This document shows positions 23,804 to 36,959 of a stretch of 64,000 nucleotides of DNA, in pieces. The stretch lies in assembly GCA_964106645.2 (NCBI GenBank), contig OZ078259.1, one strand, 5' to 3'. The position numbers and the translations under genes were made by a program. The stretch comes from Podarcis pityusensis. Lineage: Eukaryota. Each line of letters opens with the position of its first letter. Positions within the stretch are counted from its first letter, which is position 1. The notes under the pieces were generated by a model that worked only from the letters and a program-made list of their open reading frames with translations, was not told where the DNA came from and did not search any database.

Positions 23804-25959
23804 GGCAGGAGGGTCATGTGCTCTAGTGCCTCAAGCCCAAAGGGGATGTCAAATTAAACATTTGTTCATTTTTTTACATTCTCTAAGTTTCACAATCTGT
23901 TTTTCATTTACAGCTGCAAATTCAAGCAAATAAGACATATGGTTTGGTGCCTTATTTGTTTTCAGTGTGTCATCATTTTTAATTTTTCCAATGGCTTGGG
24001 ACCTTGAAATCTAGAAATGGCCTGCACCTCCTGGACTTTTGAGAGGACCTACTGGCAGCGATAAGTGTCTAACGACAACCCTTTGTGACATTAACACCAT
24101 ATACCTCTCTGACTAGCTGCTTAGGGAATTACACAATTTACACTTTCTCTCTTCCTTTAGTTAAAATGGGAGCTTTTTAATTGACTGGCCACATGTATTT
24201 CTATATCAACATCTTTGCACATATTTTTTTTAATTGTGTAATGGAATTCCTTTTCTATGGAGAAGCATTCAGTCATGTGATTCCCTGTCGCACACTGAAG
24301 TGGTACAGTCCAGACACAAGATTTCCACTTCATCTGTTGTTTCTGGGAACTTGGACTATGATTTTCTTTTTTTAAAAAAAAAAAAAGTGGGGGGACAAGG
24401 CTCACTGTCTATTTTTAAGAAGGCTCTTAAGAACTACATAAGAACATAAGAAGAGTTCTCTTGACCCGGTGAATGGTTCTCCATAGTCCAGCATCCTGTT
24501 CCTACAGAAGCCAACCAGATCTGTATGGGAAGGCCTCTCCAGCAGGATCAGTGCGCAAGGGCACAGTCCTTCCACCCGCCGTTTCCAGCAAGGGGCATTC
24601 ATAAGCATTGCTGCTTTCAAATATGCACAAGAAGCAGCATGATGGAGAACTCAAGGTAACTGGGATCCCTGGTCAAATTTGTGTACAGATGCAGTCTTAA
24701 ATATGGGTATGGATGCCTTATAAATCTCCCAGGGAGAAAAAGCTTGATTGAAATTAGGAACCCGTTTCCTGCAGACAGGCTAGAGGATAGCCCACACCAT
24801 CAGGACCCCAACTCATGATGTACATTCGTAGGGTAGCTTCTCAGGGATGATCAATGGTTGGCATGGCAACTAGCCTCCTTTCCCACAAGAACACAGTTCT
24901 TCTTATTAAATTTGGTTGGTTATTGATCAGTTCTGGATCCATGCATTAGAAACATGACAAATACTTAGCAGAAAACAAGCACTTTTTTAAAATGAAAAAC
25001 AATATTACACTCCTTCAGAGCTTACAACACAGTGCAGTTATGCTATATATAATGCCCTGAATCCTTTGTATATTGCATCCATTCCTTAATCCTGACCACC
25101 AAAAGACTGGCCACACACAGAGGTCTTATCCAGTAACCAGAACGTGAACTAGTAAATGCATTTGTTATCATTCACCTTCTTTTACTGAGTGTGCATGAAT
25201 CATAACTCTTACACAATCTCATTTTCAGATCTTTTGGCTTCGGCATCTGATCTCGTCCCTCAGTAGCTCAGATCTATTTATTGATACATCTCTCCTCTGT
25301 TTGCTTTTAAGTTAGCATCAGAACTGATTGTGTTTCATGGGATTACACATAGAGAGAGGGGGGGGTTTGTTGGCATTCCTGTCTCTTTTTCAAAGTGTGA
25401 TCTTCTGCTTAGGTTTACGGAATCAGACCCATGCATCAGAATTGATTTACTGCAGGGCAAAGGAGACTGAAGTTTAGCATGTACTTTGAGAAGAGGGGGC
25501 ATGGCTCAGTGGTGGAGCATCTGCTTTGCATGAAAAAGGTCCCAGACTCAATGCCTAGCAAGGGCTCCTTCCTAAAAGCCTGGACAGCTGTTGCCAGACA
25601 GTGTAGACAACACTGAGCTAGATGGGCCAAAGATCTGACTTGGTATAGGTATTAGGCCATTGTTAGGTGGTGGAGTGGCTGCTTTGCTTACAGTCTCCTC
25701 CTTAAAAGGATCTGACACCAGGTGATGTAAAAAACCTCTGACGGACAGCCACTGCAAGCAACAGCAGGCTAGATGAACCAACAGCCTAATGTGGAATTTG
25801 TTTATTGCAATGATTTATATCCCACCTTTGCACATATTTCCTACCAAACTGGCTCACAAGCAATGCTCAATTACATTTTAAAAAACATCAACAATATCAA
25901 AAACACATAAGGATTCTTCCCACAGAGGACAGTGGGTGGTAGATCAACCTGCCATTTCC

Positions 25960-26230
25960 CCCTGTTCACCCCCTTGCACCTTTTTCAAGCTAGGAGGTGA
26001 GATCAGATTTGGGCACCAGAGGCCATTCCAGATTCACCACCATCTCACTGTTGTATAGCAAGGCATCCCTGAACAGAGCTCTTTGGCCTGGATCCAGAAG
26101 AGCCTGCTCTTCCCTGGAGCATTGTAGAGCCACCCCCTTGAAAGAGAAAGGACCCTCCTCAGCAGTGCACATAAACTTACATCTTTGTTCCACAGTGCTC
26201 TCCTGGTCCTCCTCAACCAAGGAAAGCTGT
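25960..26230 (-). pseudogene. degenerate, apparently intronless KRAB (A+B box) fragment of a KRAB zinc-finger gene
   Basis: GPFSFKGVALQCSREEQALLDPGQRALFRDALLYNSEMVVNL runs directly into EWPLVPKSDLTS*LE (KRAB-A plus PKPDLISWLE-type B box, W changed to stop); no zinc fingers nearby. Confidence 0.75.
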
Positions 26231-26441
26231 GGAGAGCTCTTCCCATTACCTCATTGCCTAAGCAGCCTGAACAGAAGATCTTTCCGGTACATCCCAAAGA
26301 GGAGAGAATCCAAAATGTCTTCCTGCTACCTCTTGGCACCTTCTGAGCATCAACTAAAAACATACCCTGCTCATATCCCTTCCAGGAATGCAGTTCCCAG
26401 AATGAAGAAGCTTCTTTTGTTTCTGGGACCATGACCTATGC

Positions 26442-26591
26442 CAGGGGTAGGCAACCTAAGGCCCGTGGGCCAGATGCGGCCCAATCGCCTTCTCAATCTG
26501 GCCCACGGATGGTCTGGGAATCAGCATGTTTTTACATGTGTAGAATGTGTCGGGAGACCAGCCCATGGCTGAAAAAGGTTGCTGACCCCTG
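26442..26591. mobile_element. hAT/Charlie-type MITE
   Basis: TIRs CAGGGGTAGGCAACCT / AGGTTGCTGACCCCTG; 8-bp TSD ACCTATGC. Confidence 0.9.
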
Positions 26592-28590
26592 ACCTATGCC
26601 TACTTCAATTTCACACCTGCCCCAGGCCCCTCCCAGTAACCAGGGGAAAGGAATGTGTGCTTGGGTAGTGTATTCACACTAGAGACAAATTGCTCATACT
26701 GGGGAACAGACTTTGAATTCAGATGCAGCTTTCTGGCTGACCCTTGCTGGAAAGAGGTGGAGCTTTTCTTATGCAGTAAGCCAGGATGGGGGATCTGTGG
26801 CCCTCCAGTTGTTGTTGGACTAGAGATCAGGGAGTTTGATTTAGACAACCCAGGGAAGGGCCCAAGTGGACTGAGGCAGGCAAATTGGGGCTTCAAGAGA
26901 TGTTGGAGCTGGCAGAAGGGACCAGGGATCAAAGTAAATCAGGAGCTGGATCCTGCGGAAGGTTCAAGCAGGTTGTCACAGAGTGGTGTTCTGCCCCTGT
27001 GATATCAGGCACCTCCAAAAGGACCATCACTGGTCCCTCCTGTCAATAAGGAGAGGGGAAGCACCAGAAAGTAAGCTGGATACTAAGGCAGCACCTCTGT
27101 TGCCAAGGACACAGAGACACCAGCACTGAAATGAACAACACCACAGCCCCAGCCTAGTTGCAGTAGTTTCCATTGGTTTGCCCAGAGCTGAAACACCTCT
27201 CATTTGCCACACAAAATTTTGTGCTCACCCTGATCTTCAGAACATGTAGCTGGTTGGAAGAATATCTCAGCTTGCACTTAGCCATGCCATTCACCTGCTG
27301 TGCCTTCCCTATGTATCACTCAGAGGTATGCATTAAATAATTTGACAGAAGCAGAAACTCAGGTTCCAGTTCTTCATCAGGCAGTGAGAGCCAGAACAGC
27401 TCCCACCACCCCTGACTGCTGGGGTTGATGGGAATTGGGATCCAACAATGTCTGCAAGGCTGCATGTTCTCAATCCCTGGTATAAAGTGAAACTCCTGAT
27501 CTTTCCTTGGAAGGTACTCCACTTTTAGAATCAAACAACCAGAAAACATATGCTCAAGAATGAGTTATGGATCACGAATAATTCTGAATAATTAATAGGG
27601 TTTTGAGAAAATCCTACTGTATTTACAGAGAAGCTGTGGACAAGACCAGAGGTGACATTGTCACGATGAATTATTCATTGTCATCACTTTCATTCACTCC
27701 CACTCTCTCTACCTCTCAGTCTACAGACGGAAAAATGGCCAACCTGAAGATGAATTTGGGGGAATTAAAACTTATAGTGGGAAAGACCACAACCCAGCTC
27801 ATTTTTTTCTTTTCTTTTTTAAAAACATCACTTCTTGTCAATGTGTATCTAGGAGGGACTACCTCTGGCAATCATTGGGCACTCATTCTGGTTGAAGAAC
27901 TTGAACATCTAATTTGACGTACGGTAATTACATTCTCATGACCTGAAGAACAAATAAACTTGAGCTACAAACTAAGCAAAGGTAGGAACTAAGATCACCA
28001 AGAGACAGACATGTTAATTTGGTGATAGTATTCAGCAAGTAAGATCAACACAAGTATGGATAATGGTGCCATCACCAACACAGGAACTGAGGAAGCTGCC
28101 CTAGACCAAGCAAGACCCTTGGTCAAGCTAGCACAGTATTGTTCAGACCAACTGATTGAGGTTCTCCAGGGTTCCTAGCAGGTGTTACTCACATGACTAC
28201 CTGGAAATGCAGCAGATTGAACCTGGGACCTTCTGCATGCAGAGCAGATGTTCTATCACTGAGCTGTGGTCCTTCTCCATTATTACACATTACTACATAC
28301 TGCACTTCGCACAAGAACACAGATCCCCATGTCAAATGCTAAATTTGACAGCAGAGGAAGGATTTTTAAAAATTGAGGCAAGAGGGATAGAATGACTGGA
28401 ATGTATGTATTTGCTTCCATGACGCACATAGCTCAGCTATAGTCAGGTCCAGGATGAAGGACTTAGATTTAAGACTATAAGCTTTTTGCATCTATGTTGC
28501 CAAACTGGTTGAAATCAGTATTAAAGGACTTAATTCATCAAGATCAGGCTGGATTTTTTACAGGCTGACAGTTGAAAGGCAATGTAAGGA

Positions 28591-29747
28591 GGGGGGGCCA
28601 CCAGGTGGCACATTGGAAGATGGCCGACAATAACATCTCTCTGACCCATACGAGGTAATTAAGAGGCTGCTATGGGAAGTATGCAGTCTTCCTACCCCCG
28701 CCCCCAAGGAGATGGGGGGCTGCCTTGCCAGCGGTGTCCACAATGCACCCCCGGATCCGAGAGTCGGGGGTGCCGGTCACTTGGCACGAGCCCTCGATGA
28801 AGTCAGCTCTTCCTGACACCGATTCCAATCAGCGCGCACTGGTTAGCTTCAGCTCGGAATTATAATTGGAAATACATAATTGGAATGAAGCTGAAGCACT
28901 TACATCAAGCAAAGTTCGAGAGATAAGGCTGCTGATTAATGCATCTCTGTGTTTGGAGCGACGGGAGGAGACAAATAAATCAAGCGATGAGCCACCATTA
29001 CGAGACTGGTATGTGTGGAGCGAAAAAGGGGGGGTGGAGGAAAAAACTTTTATTTTCTTTGCCTCATGTGAGTATTTATAAACCTCCACCCCAAGAGAGA
29101 CGAATCGTCACCTTTTACTAATCGCAAGCAAGAATTTAAGAGCTGTGTGGAGTGAATTATTTATTGAAGAGAGGACTGGTAAATATGGAGTGCGGAAGGA
29201 AAATTCTATGACGCAGTTGTTAATGGCGTCTTGCTAAGACAGGCTTGTTGAAGAAAGACGAGGGGAGGAGGACCAGGGTCATTGGAATGTAAATGATGGA
29301 TTGAATGTGATAACCTGGCAGAGCCCCTTTGTGATATATGTGGCAAGCTTGGGAAAATTAATAGGACGGACCGAGGATAAATTTTTGAAGAAGGGGAGTA
29401 ATGGCGGCTGTCCTTATGAGATATGACTTTTGGAGTGTGCAAAATCCACGCAGATGTTGTTTGTTCTTAACCTGCTTGCGAAGATTATCAGAGATTGCAA
29501 AGAAAGGAATACATGATAACAACAAGAAGATGAAGAAGTAATAAAGAGACTATCTGGACAGAGCTGGATAGAATCATTTGATAAAAGCAGTAACAGAAGT
29601 GATGCTTTGATTCTCGTTCGGAGCTTGATGTAAGGGTACCCCCAACAAAATTTTAAAATCTGGTTGTATAATTTGGAAGTAATATGATTTGGAAATAATG
29701 TGATTGGATTGGCCTGTTAATAAAAATTATGTTTAAAAAAAAAGAAA
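28591..29747 (+). mobile_element. non-coding, L1-type non-autonomous retroposon
   Basis: 17-bp TSD GAAAGGCAATGTAAGGA (28574-28590, 29748-29764); 5' G-run and AAGATGGCCG; AATAAA at 29719-29724 and A-rich tail; no long ORF. Confidence 0.8.
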
Positions 29748-30290
29748 GAAAGGCAATGTAAGGAATATAATGGATGTTATAGAATACTTAAAAGAAATGA
29801 TAAACAAGTTGCATTGGTGTGAAACAGAAAACCAAAGTTTCAGGGGGACTCCCAGTCCCCTGCATGTGGGAGTCAATGGGTCCTGACTCCTAAGAACTAC
29901 CATTGCTAAGTATTTCTGCCATTTACTGTCAGACATAAGTAGCTGGATTCAGCATGGTGGAGCAGAGAGGGGAGACTTATTCTTACCACAGTACCAGTTA
30001 TGTTATGCTACCAGCTTCAGAGTTGCCTGCTCCTCCCTGGGGAGACAGCCTCTGCCTTCTGCCAGCCTCTCCCCTATCCTTACCATGACACCTTCTGAGG
30101 TTTAGAAGCCACCAGAAGGAAATAGAGAGCTTGCAGCATCTCACTAACCCTACTGGGCTGCTTGCTAGTAAGCAGTTGATCTAGTGTAGGTGCAGCTAAC
30201 TTCCGGCCCTCCAGATGTTGCTGGACTGCAGCTCCCATAAGACCCATCCAGTATAGCCCAATAGCCAGGGGTGATGGAAGTCATAAGCCA

Positions 30291-31801
30291 TCTATTATGA
30301 ATCAGCTGCTTTTTGCTGGCTGAGAGAATGGCTGCTACTTGAAGACACTGATGTGTTGGACCTAGAAGGTTTTACCAACATATTTGGTTGGCATGCATAT
30401 CTGTGGTATGATAAGGTGAAAGCACATAAAGCGTTTAAAAATCATATTGTTAGAAAAGCATTGTTTAATGTATGGATAAAATATAAAGATTTGTTAGAAA
30501 AGAAAACCCCAAGATGGTTGTCACCAATGGAAGCAAAGGCACAGAAAAAACTCAATATGGAGGCCAAATGGCCGAAATATTGGGAAATTCTGGAACAAGA
30601 GGGAGACAGACTAAAATTGCAGAGCTTTGAAAAATTGAAAAATAAAGTGCGAGATTGGCTCCATTATTATCAAATAATGGAGGCATACAATCTGGACAAA
30701 AAAATTGGTTTCCAGGTGGAAAAATCAAAATTGGAAACAGAACTGTTAGATTCTAAAATCAAGAATTTGTCAAAAATGTATAACTTGCTGTTGAAATGGA
30801 ACACCCAAGATGAAACGGTGAAATCTGCTATGATTAAATGGGCACAAGATGTCGGACATAATATAATGATGGCTGACTGGGAACAGTTATGGACCACAGG
30901 TATGAAATTTTACGGCATGTAATGCTTTAAGAGAAAACTTAATGAAAATGATTTATAGGTGGTACATGACACCAGTCAAGCTTGCAAAAATCTACCATTT
31001 GCCCAAAAATAAATGTTGGAAATGTATTGAGACTGAAGGTACATTCTTTCACCTTTGGTGGACATGCCCAAGGATTAAGACATTCTGGGAGATGATTTAT
31101 AATGAAATGAAAAAGGTATTCAAATATACCTTTCTGAAGAAACCAGAGGCCTTTCTCCTGGGCATGGTCGGCCAATTGGTGCCAAAGAAGGACAGAACTT
31201 TTTTTATGTATGCTACAACAGCAGCAAGAATACTCATCGCGAAGCATTGGAAGACTCAAGATTTACCTACCTGGGAAGAATGGCAGATGAAGTTGATGGA
31301 CTACATGGAATTGGCGGAAATGACTGGCAGAATCCGAGACCAGGGAGAAGAGTCGGTGGAAGAAGATTGGAAAAAGTTTAAAGACTATTTACAGAAATAT
31401 TGTAAAATTAATGAATGTTAGAAAAATGTTGGAATGAAGTTATAGGCTTCAGTAGAAATGTTATAAGGAATTAAGCATAAATAGATTAACAGAGAATTAA
31501 AGGGAAAAATAAGGTTAAAATGTGTTAAGATAAATATAGGATGGAAAGCAGAGGAAGATGGAAAGGAATTGCTGAAACAACTAAATAGAAGTGCAATACA
31601 AAAAGGGAGGTGTGAGGAGGTCATGGAAATAAGTGAATGAAAGATTGAAATTACGTGATGTGTTTTAAATTGTTTTTGTTTTGTTTTGTTTTGTTTTGTT
31701 TTGTTTAGTGTTAGCTATTGTTTTTGTATTGTATTGTCTATTTTCTTTCTCTATGTATGTTCAAATTGTTGGAAAGTAATAAATATCATTTTTAAAAAAA
31801 A
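30291..31801 (+). mobile_element. L1-clade LINE, 5'-truncated (ORF2 C-terminus plus 3' UTR), inserted into a palindromic MITE
   Basis: ORFs 30353-30922 and 30942-31421 join through one frameshift near 30908; CCHC knuckle CWKC..GTFFHLWWTC; AATAAA at 31778 then poly-A. Confidence 0.92.
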
Positions 31802-33634
31802 CAAGATCTGGAAAGCCACAGGTCATCCATCCCTCATCCAGCAGCTTCTTCCTCCTGTTCCTCACCCACAAATAAAAGTTTCACTATGTGTTCAGCCTCT
31901 TAAAACTGTGCAGAGGAGAGTGGCAGGGGGTGTGTGGCATCATATGTGGCAGAGTAGTGGTGGCTGGTGTCCATTGGGACTGGTAGGGCAGAAGATGGGG
32001 AGACAAATAGTAGGTGGAACCAGTGAATGGTAGGCACAGCTGCTCCCTCACTGGTTGTAAGTAAGGAAACAGGGAGGTAGGGTCTGAGAGGAGAGTCTGA
32101 GGTTAGTGGGGCAGTGCACAATTCTCCCTAATGAATCAACCACCAGCTGTAGGATATTTAAATGCAGTCAAACCAACAATTCATGTTTTGCCAGATAGGT
32201 GCATGTAGCTGTTGAGCCTCACAGTGTATTCCTGTAAATTTGCTAGAGAGAACTCTGTGAGAACACTCCCTGTGTGTCCTAAGAGGAAAAGGGCTTAGCT
32301 ATATATCCCTCCTGCCTGCCTGGGCAAACCCTCTTTTTGTTCTTCTTCACCATGCTTGCAACATGACAACATCTGCATGTCTGAGCTCCAAGTTCAGGCT
32401 CCATTTTTAAGCTAAACTTAAATATGTCTTTGCAACTGAATTAGTATTTTAAGCCTGCCTGAACAAAGCTGTGGTATCTGTTATTCTTCAAGAAACATAC
32501 CGAGTGAGTGAACATAATTTTTACCTTTTCTCAAAATTATCTGTGAGTGGTTATTGTTTTAAGGGGGAGAAAAGGAGGGAAGTACCAGGAGAATCCAGAC
32601 TGCCTTAAAGCATCCTGGATTACTTAAACTAAAAGGCTAAAACTAGCCTATATAAGCTTCCATTTTAAGATGCAAAGGGATGGCACTCTGCTAAACTTAC
32701 GGACATGAGGAAGGAAAGTATCTAATAAATATATATTCTAGCATCTAATCACATCCCAACACCAGGGGTGCAAAAAGATGCAAAACTTTTGTACAACGAA
32801 GTGTTGCAATGGCAGAAAGAAGTCTAAAGAAGTGCTTAAAAAATGACAAGGTAGGCTAAGGTAGGTGAAAGGATGGTTGCAATTTGGTTAAGTGCAAACA
32901 AGAAGACCTGGCAAATATAGGAGGATGTCAGTAAAGGAGAAAATAAGCCTTTGACAAAGGACAATGGATGCACAGGTTTAGGCAGAGAGGCAGAGAACTT
33001 TGCTTGCTTCCAACATGAGGATGAGTGGCAAGGGAGATATTAAATGACACCCAGTTCACACTGCAATAGGCAAACAAGAAATTAAAACAGATGTAGACTG
33101 AAAGATCTGTGGGGTTAGCTGAGGTCCAGCTCAATATAATTATAAAAAGGGAAAGGAAGGACTAAACCTTTTGCAAATACATTTAAAACTTAATGTGCAC
33201 ATGAGGTTCCAGTGTTCTGAAAATGAGCAAATGTGACCGTTGTGTCTATGCATGGAAATGAATCTACAAGAGAAGTTCTCAGTAAGACAGTGGGAGCCTA
33301 GGAATCTCTGATGCAATTAACACAGAGGAATCTCAAGGTCCTGGCCAGGTTCCCCAATCCATGAGACATCACTCAAACCACTCCAGTCAACAGCTGTTTT
33401 AATTGATGGGAGGCTGGTAATCTACATGGTAAAAACTTCAGCATGGGGCCAGCATAATCCCACCCATCCATGCCAAAAAACATCTTCAACAGAAACTGTT
33501 CTGTAACAGTGGTAAGCTGAGGAACACCAAGAAGGCTGAGGTAGTCAGGGTGGTAAACCTACGGCCCTCCAGGTTTTATCTCTCAAACTCCCATAAGCCC
33601 CAGCCAGCATATCCAATGGCCAGAATCTCAGGAG

Positions 33635-34419
33635 CTGTTGTTGTAGGCATCCATTTGTCTCAAGAGACAATAGAGTGCACCTCCAGTGGTGAAGTCAAAT
33701 CGTTGTGTTTGCAGCACCAAAGTTACCTCTCTGGGGCACAAGCATGGACATTGTGCATGGAGGGCCTGGGCTCCCCAGAAGACAAAACCTTGGCCTCACG
33801 GAGGAGGTTGACAGGAAAGCAGAGCAATACCTTTGGCACTGACTTGGCTGCAGGAATTCAAGGTGCCATCCAAGCATCTTAAGGACTCCACTTCAAATTT
33901 GTGTAGGGTTTACTTCTTAGACTTTTCTACTCTCTAAGATACCCCACAAGGCTGCAGAGGTTTAGGATCAGAGTTTTCCTCTGCCTGGACGGGCTCCCTT
34001 CCCCATGGTAGGGACCAAAGGTGGACAAACTATCCCAGAAGGAGCACAATGTGCCTCCAGCAGAGGTACTAGCCCTTCCCTAATACCCCATACAACCCAA
34101 TATTACAATGTTAGTGTAAACTGGTATAAATGGCACATGCACAGCACAGTCCTAGACTACACATGGCTGTTGGCAAGTCCCACCTGCCCATCACTTTCAT
34201 CTACAGCATGTGCAGAAACTGCCTTCTTGACCATTGAACCCACCATTGCTCTCATCAGCTCAATCCACCAGAGCCTGCTTTCACATGCGGGGGGCGGGGG
34301 GGGAGTTCCTAACTCACATAAGGTTTGAGATCCATTCACCTGGTTTAGCCAGCCAGCTGAAGTTGTTTCCCAGGGTGTGGCCTCTGTCATATTCTGACAG
34401 CTTCTAGGAACCACAGGTG
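33635..34419 (-). mobile_element. short RTE-related non-autonomous retroelement, interrupted at ~34005-34180 and inserted in a MITE
   Basis: (CAA)n tail; RTE-type 5' motif GGAAAACTCTGATCCTAAACCTC; homologous plus-strand copy at 44296-44835. Confidence 0.65.
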
Positions 34420-36064
34420 TTTCAGTTAAACAATATTTGGGGAGTTACAAGTGTTCATCCCTGACTTAAAACCTCTAGTGCTGCCTGGAAGCTGCTGGTG
34501 CAACAGTCTTCCTAGACCTGCTCCTAGTTTAGCAAACCTCCTGGACAGCTCCCTTATTGCTCAGTACTAGCCCCTGACGGAGCCTGCTGGACAGCTCCCC
34601 TGCCTTGCCCAGAAAGCCATACAGCTAAATTTATGGATTTCTCATTGTGCTTTGGCACTGTCTCCTAGCACACAGTTTTGGAACCTACCAGAAGCCCTCC
34701 TGGTCTTTTGAACTACAACTCCCATCAGCTCCCAGTCAAGGTTGATGGGAGTTGTATACCATAACATCTGAAGGGCACCAGGTTGGGGAAATGCTGTTTT
34801 ATGCCTAGTGCGCCTGAATCTTTACATATACTTTGACTGGTACCCCAGGAAGGAATGCATCGCAGGCTTATTTATTGAGCTAACAAAGTCAGGACAATTT
34901 ATGCAAGGGAGATTTCTTTACATCTTATCACAAATTTTGTTTTCCCCATTTGAGCAGAAGTCCCCAATAGGATAATTTCTCCTCATGATGATAATTTTGT
35001 TACATGCTTTTCATTAATCCAGTTATAACTCCCATAATATTATTTGGCAGCTTATTGAAGCCTTGAGGAACCATGGGGGTTCATATGCGCATTGTCGGGT
35101 TATGTTTTAAAATAATAATATAATAAAATGAGTCCAATTAAAAATTCTTTTAGTACTGTATGATATAAGAAATTCCCCAAAGAAAGAGATGAAGCATCAC
35201 CATTCTGTCCACATCATTGCTTCTCTTTGAGAGACAGTGAGGAATAAATATGCAAATGTTGATATCACATAAAAGTCTATCTATCTGACTACCTTATTTC
35301 CCTGAGATATTTGGCTAGTTGAAGAATTGCGGTGGGGGGGTTTTTTGGGGGGGGTTGATGGGGTAGGACACATTTCTTTATGACTTAGGGGGGAATCTTT
35401 CTGTAGAACAGTTTTAACTCCCTCAAGCTTTTGCAAATATATTCAAATTATCATGGGTGGGAGGAGAGATAATTCACATATCACTGAAGATAAATAACTG
35501 GAAAACTATAATATTTACCCTGACATGTTAGGAAATATGGTGGTGTGTGCTGATTTTGGTTTTTGGGAGGGTGTTATTTGTAGGCTGTGCACAGACCCCC
35601 CTGATCCACCCTCTGATTTGTGACCCCCAAATGGGGCCAGTTCACCCTCTGCCACCCCAGAGACCACCCACCTAATTGTGAATACTTTCCCCAAACAATG
35701 GGGGTAGCTAAGGGGTTTTTTTAAGGGGTTCAAAACATATGGTCAAAATAGAGTTTTTAAAGGGTCTGGGTTTATTGGGATCATACAGGGTCAGATCCTG
35801 TAGGAATGCCACTTACATTCCAACCTGCACCTCAACAGCTGCTGAGTGGAGTCATTGATCCTGCAAGGAAGCAGGAAGGAAGTAGAGTTGCAGTGTTGGG
35901 CCTACCTTCTCCTGGGAAGACACGGCTACCAGTCAGGTAGGTCTCTGCTTTTTTGTGGGGTTTCCCCATCCAGCCTGCCTCTCCTTCCTGCCTGATGCCC
36001 CATCCCTTGATAGCCATAGATTTTTCTGGACAGTCCAACCCAACTCACAACTTACACACCTTTT

Positions 36065-36255
36065 CTCTGAACGAAAAAGCCCTAAATGTTATGGCCTTTC
36101 TTCAAATGGGAATTGTTCCATTCCCTTCTGCAGCCTCTTTTCTGAACCATATCCAGCTCTACCATATCTAGTGAGAGAGCCAGAATTATACTCAGTATTC
36201 CAAGTGTGGTATCACCCTAGATTTGTATATTGATGTTACAGTGTGGACAGTTCTG
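36065..36255 (-). mobile_element. old CR1 RT fragment
   Basis: CCAGAATTATACTCAGTATTCCAAGTGTGG resembles the CR1 LEYCVQFW region. Confidence 0.55.
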
Positions 36256-36959
36256 TTTTGGGTGCTCAGGATAAAACTGCATTTGAATCAAGGAAATAGC
36301 AAATCCCTCGTTTAAATGTACACATATATTCAAGGCATCCCTTGCTCATTTGTAAGTTTTTGCCACTCTGGCAATTTATCCATACTTGAAGGCTCAGCTA
36401 TCCATGCTTCACTGAAGGCATGAATTATTGCAGAGTGTGAACAAGGCAGAACATGGTAGTAATAAGCAAAGGAGCCCATGTTTTTCTTAATGGCTATATG
36501 TTTCCATTATTAACCGACACTGTGTGACGTGATGGAAAGCCTTGCCTCCCACCCTCTCCCCCTCCACCTTTGCATCTGTCACATCACAATAATTGTGAAA
36601 CAATCCATTCTGATAACACCATTGAGACTAATTGCCCTGGGACCTGCACAAGCCATTTTCAGATGTGTAGCAATCATGGAGTTATGATTATTATGAGACA
36701 TGGATGTAATGAGTGGGTCCCTAGTGGAAAATGTAAATCAAGGTGGCATGAGGTCACCGTGCCCATCACAACTTTTTCAGCCTGCCTGCTTTCCTGACAA
36801 GGGAAATTTATGCAAATTGATTACCCTCAGAAGCTCCATTCATTATGGTTTTGAGTTTGTTCTTTGGCTTTGTTTATGAATGGCGTTGTCTTTCTTTCAC
36901 TCTCCCCAGCAGTGCTTTGGAATGGGAAATGATAGTGATAATATCATTGATTGGATCAA

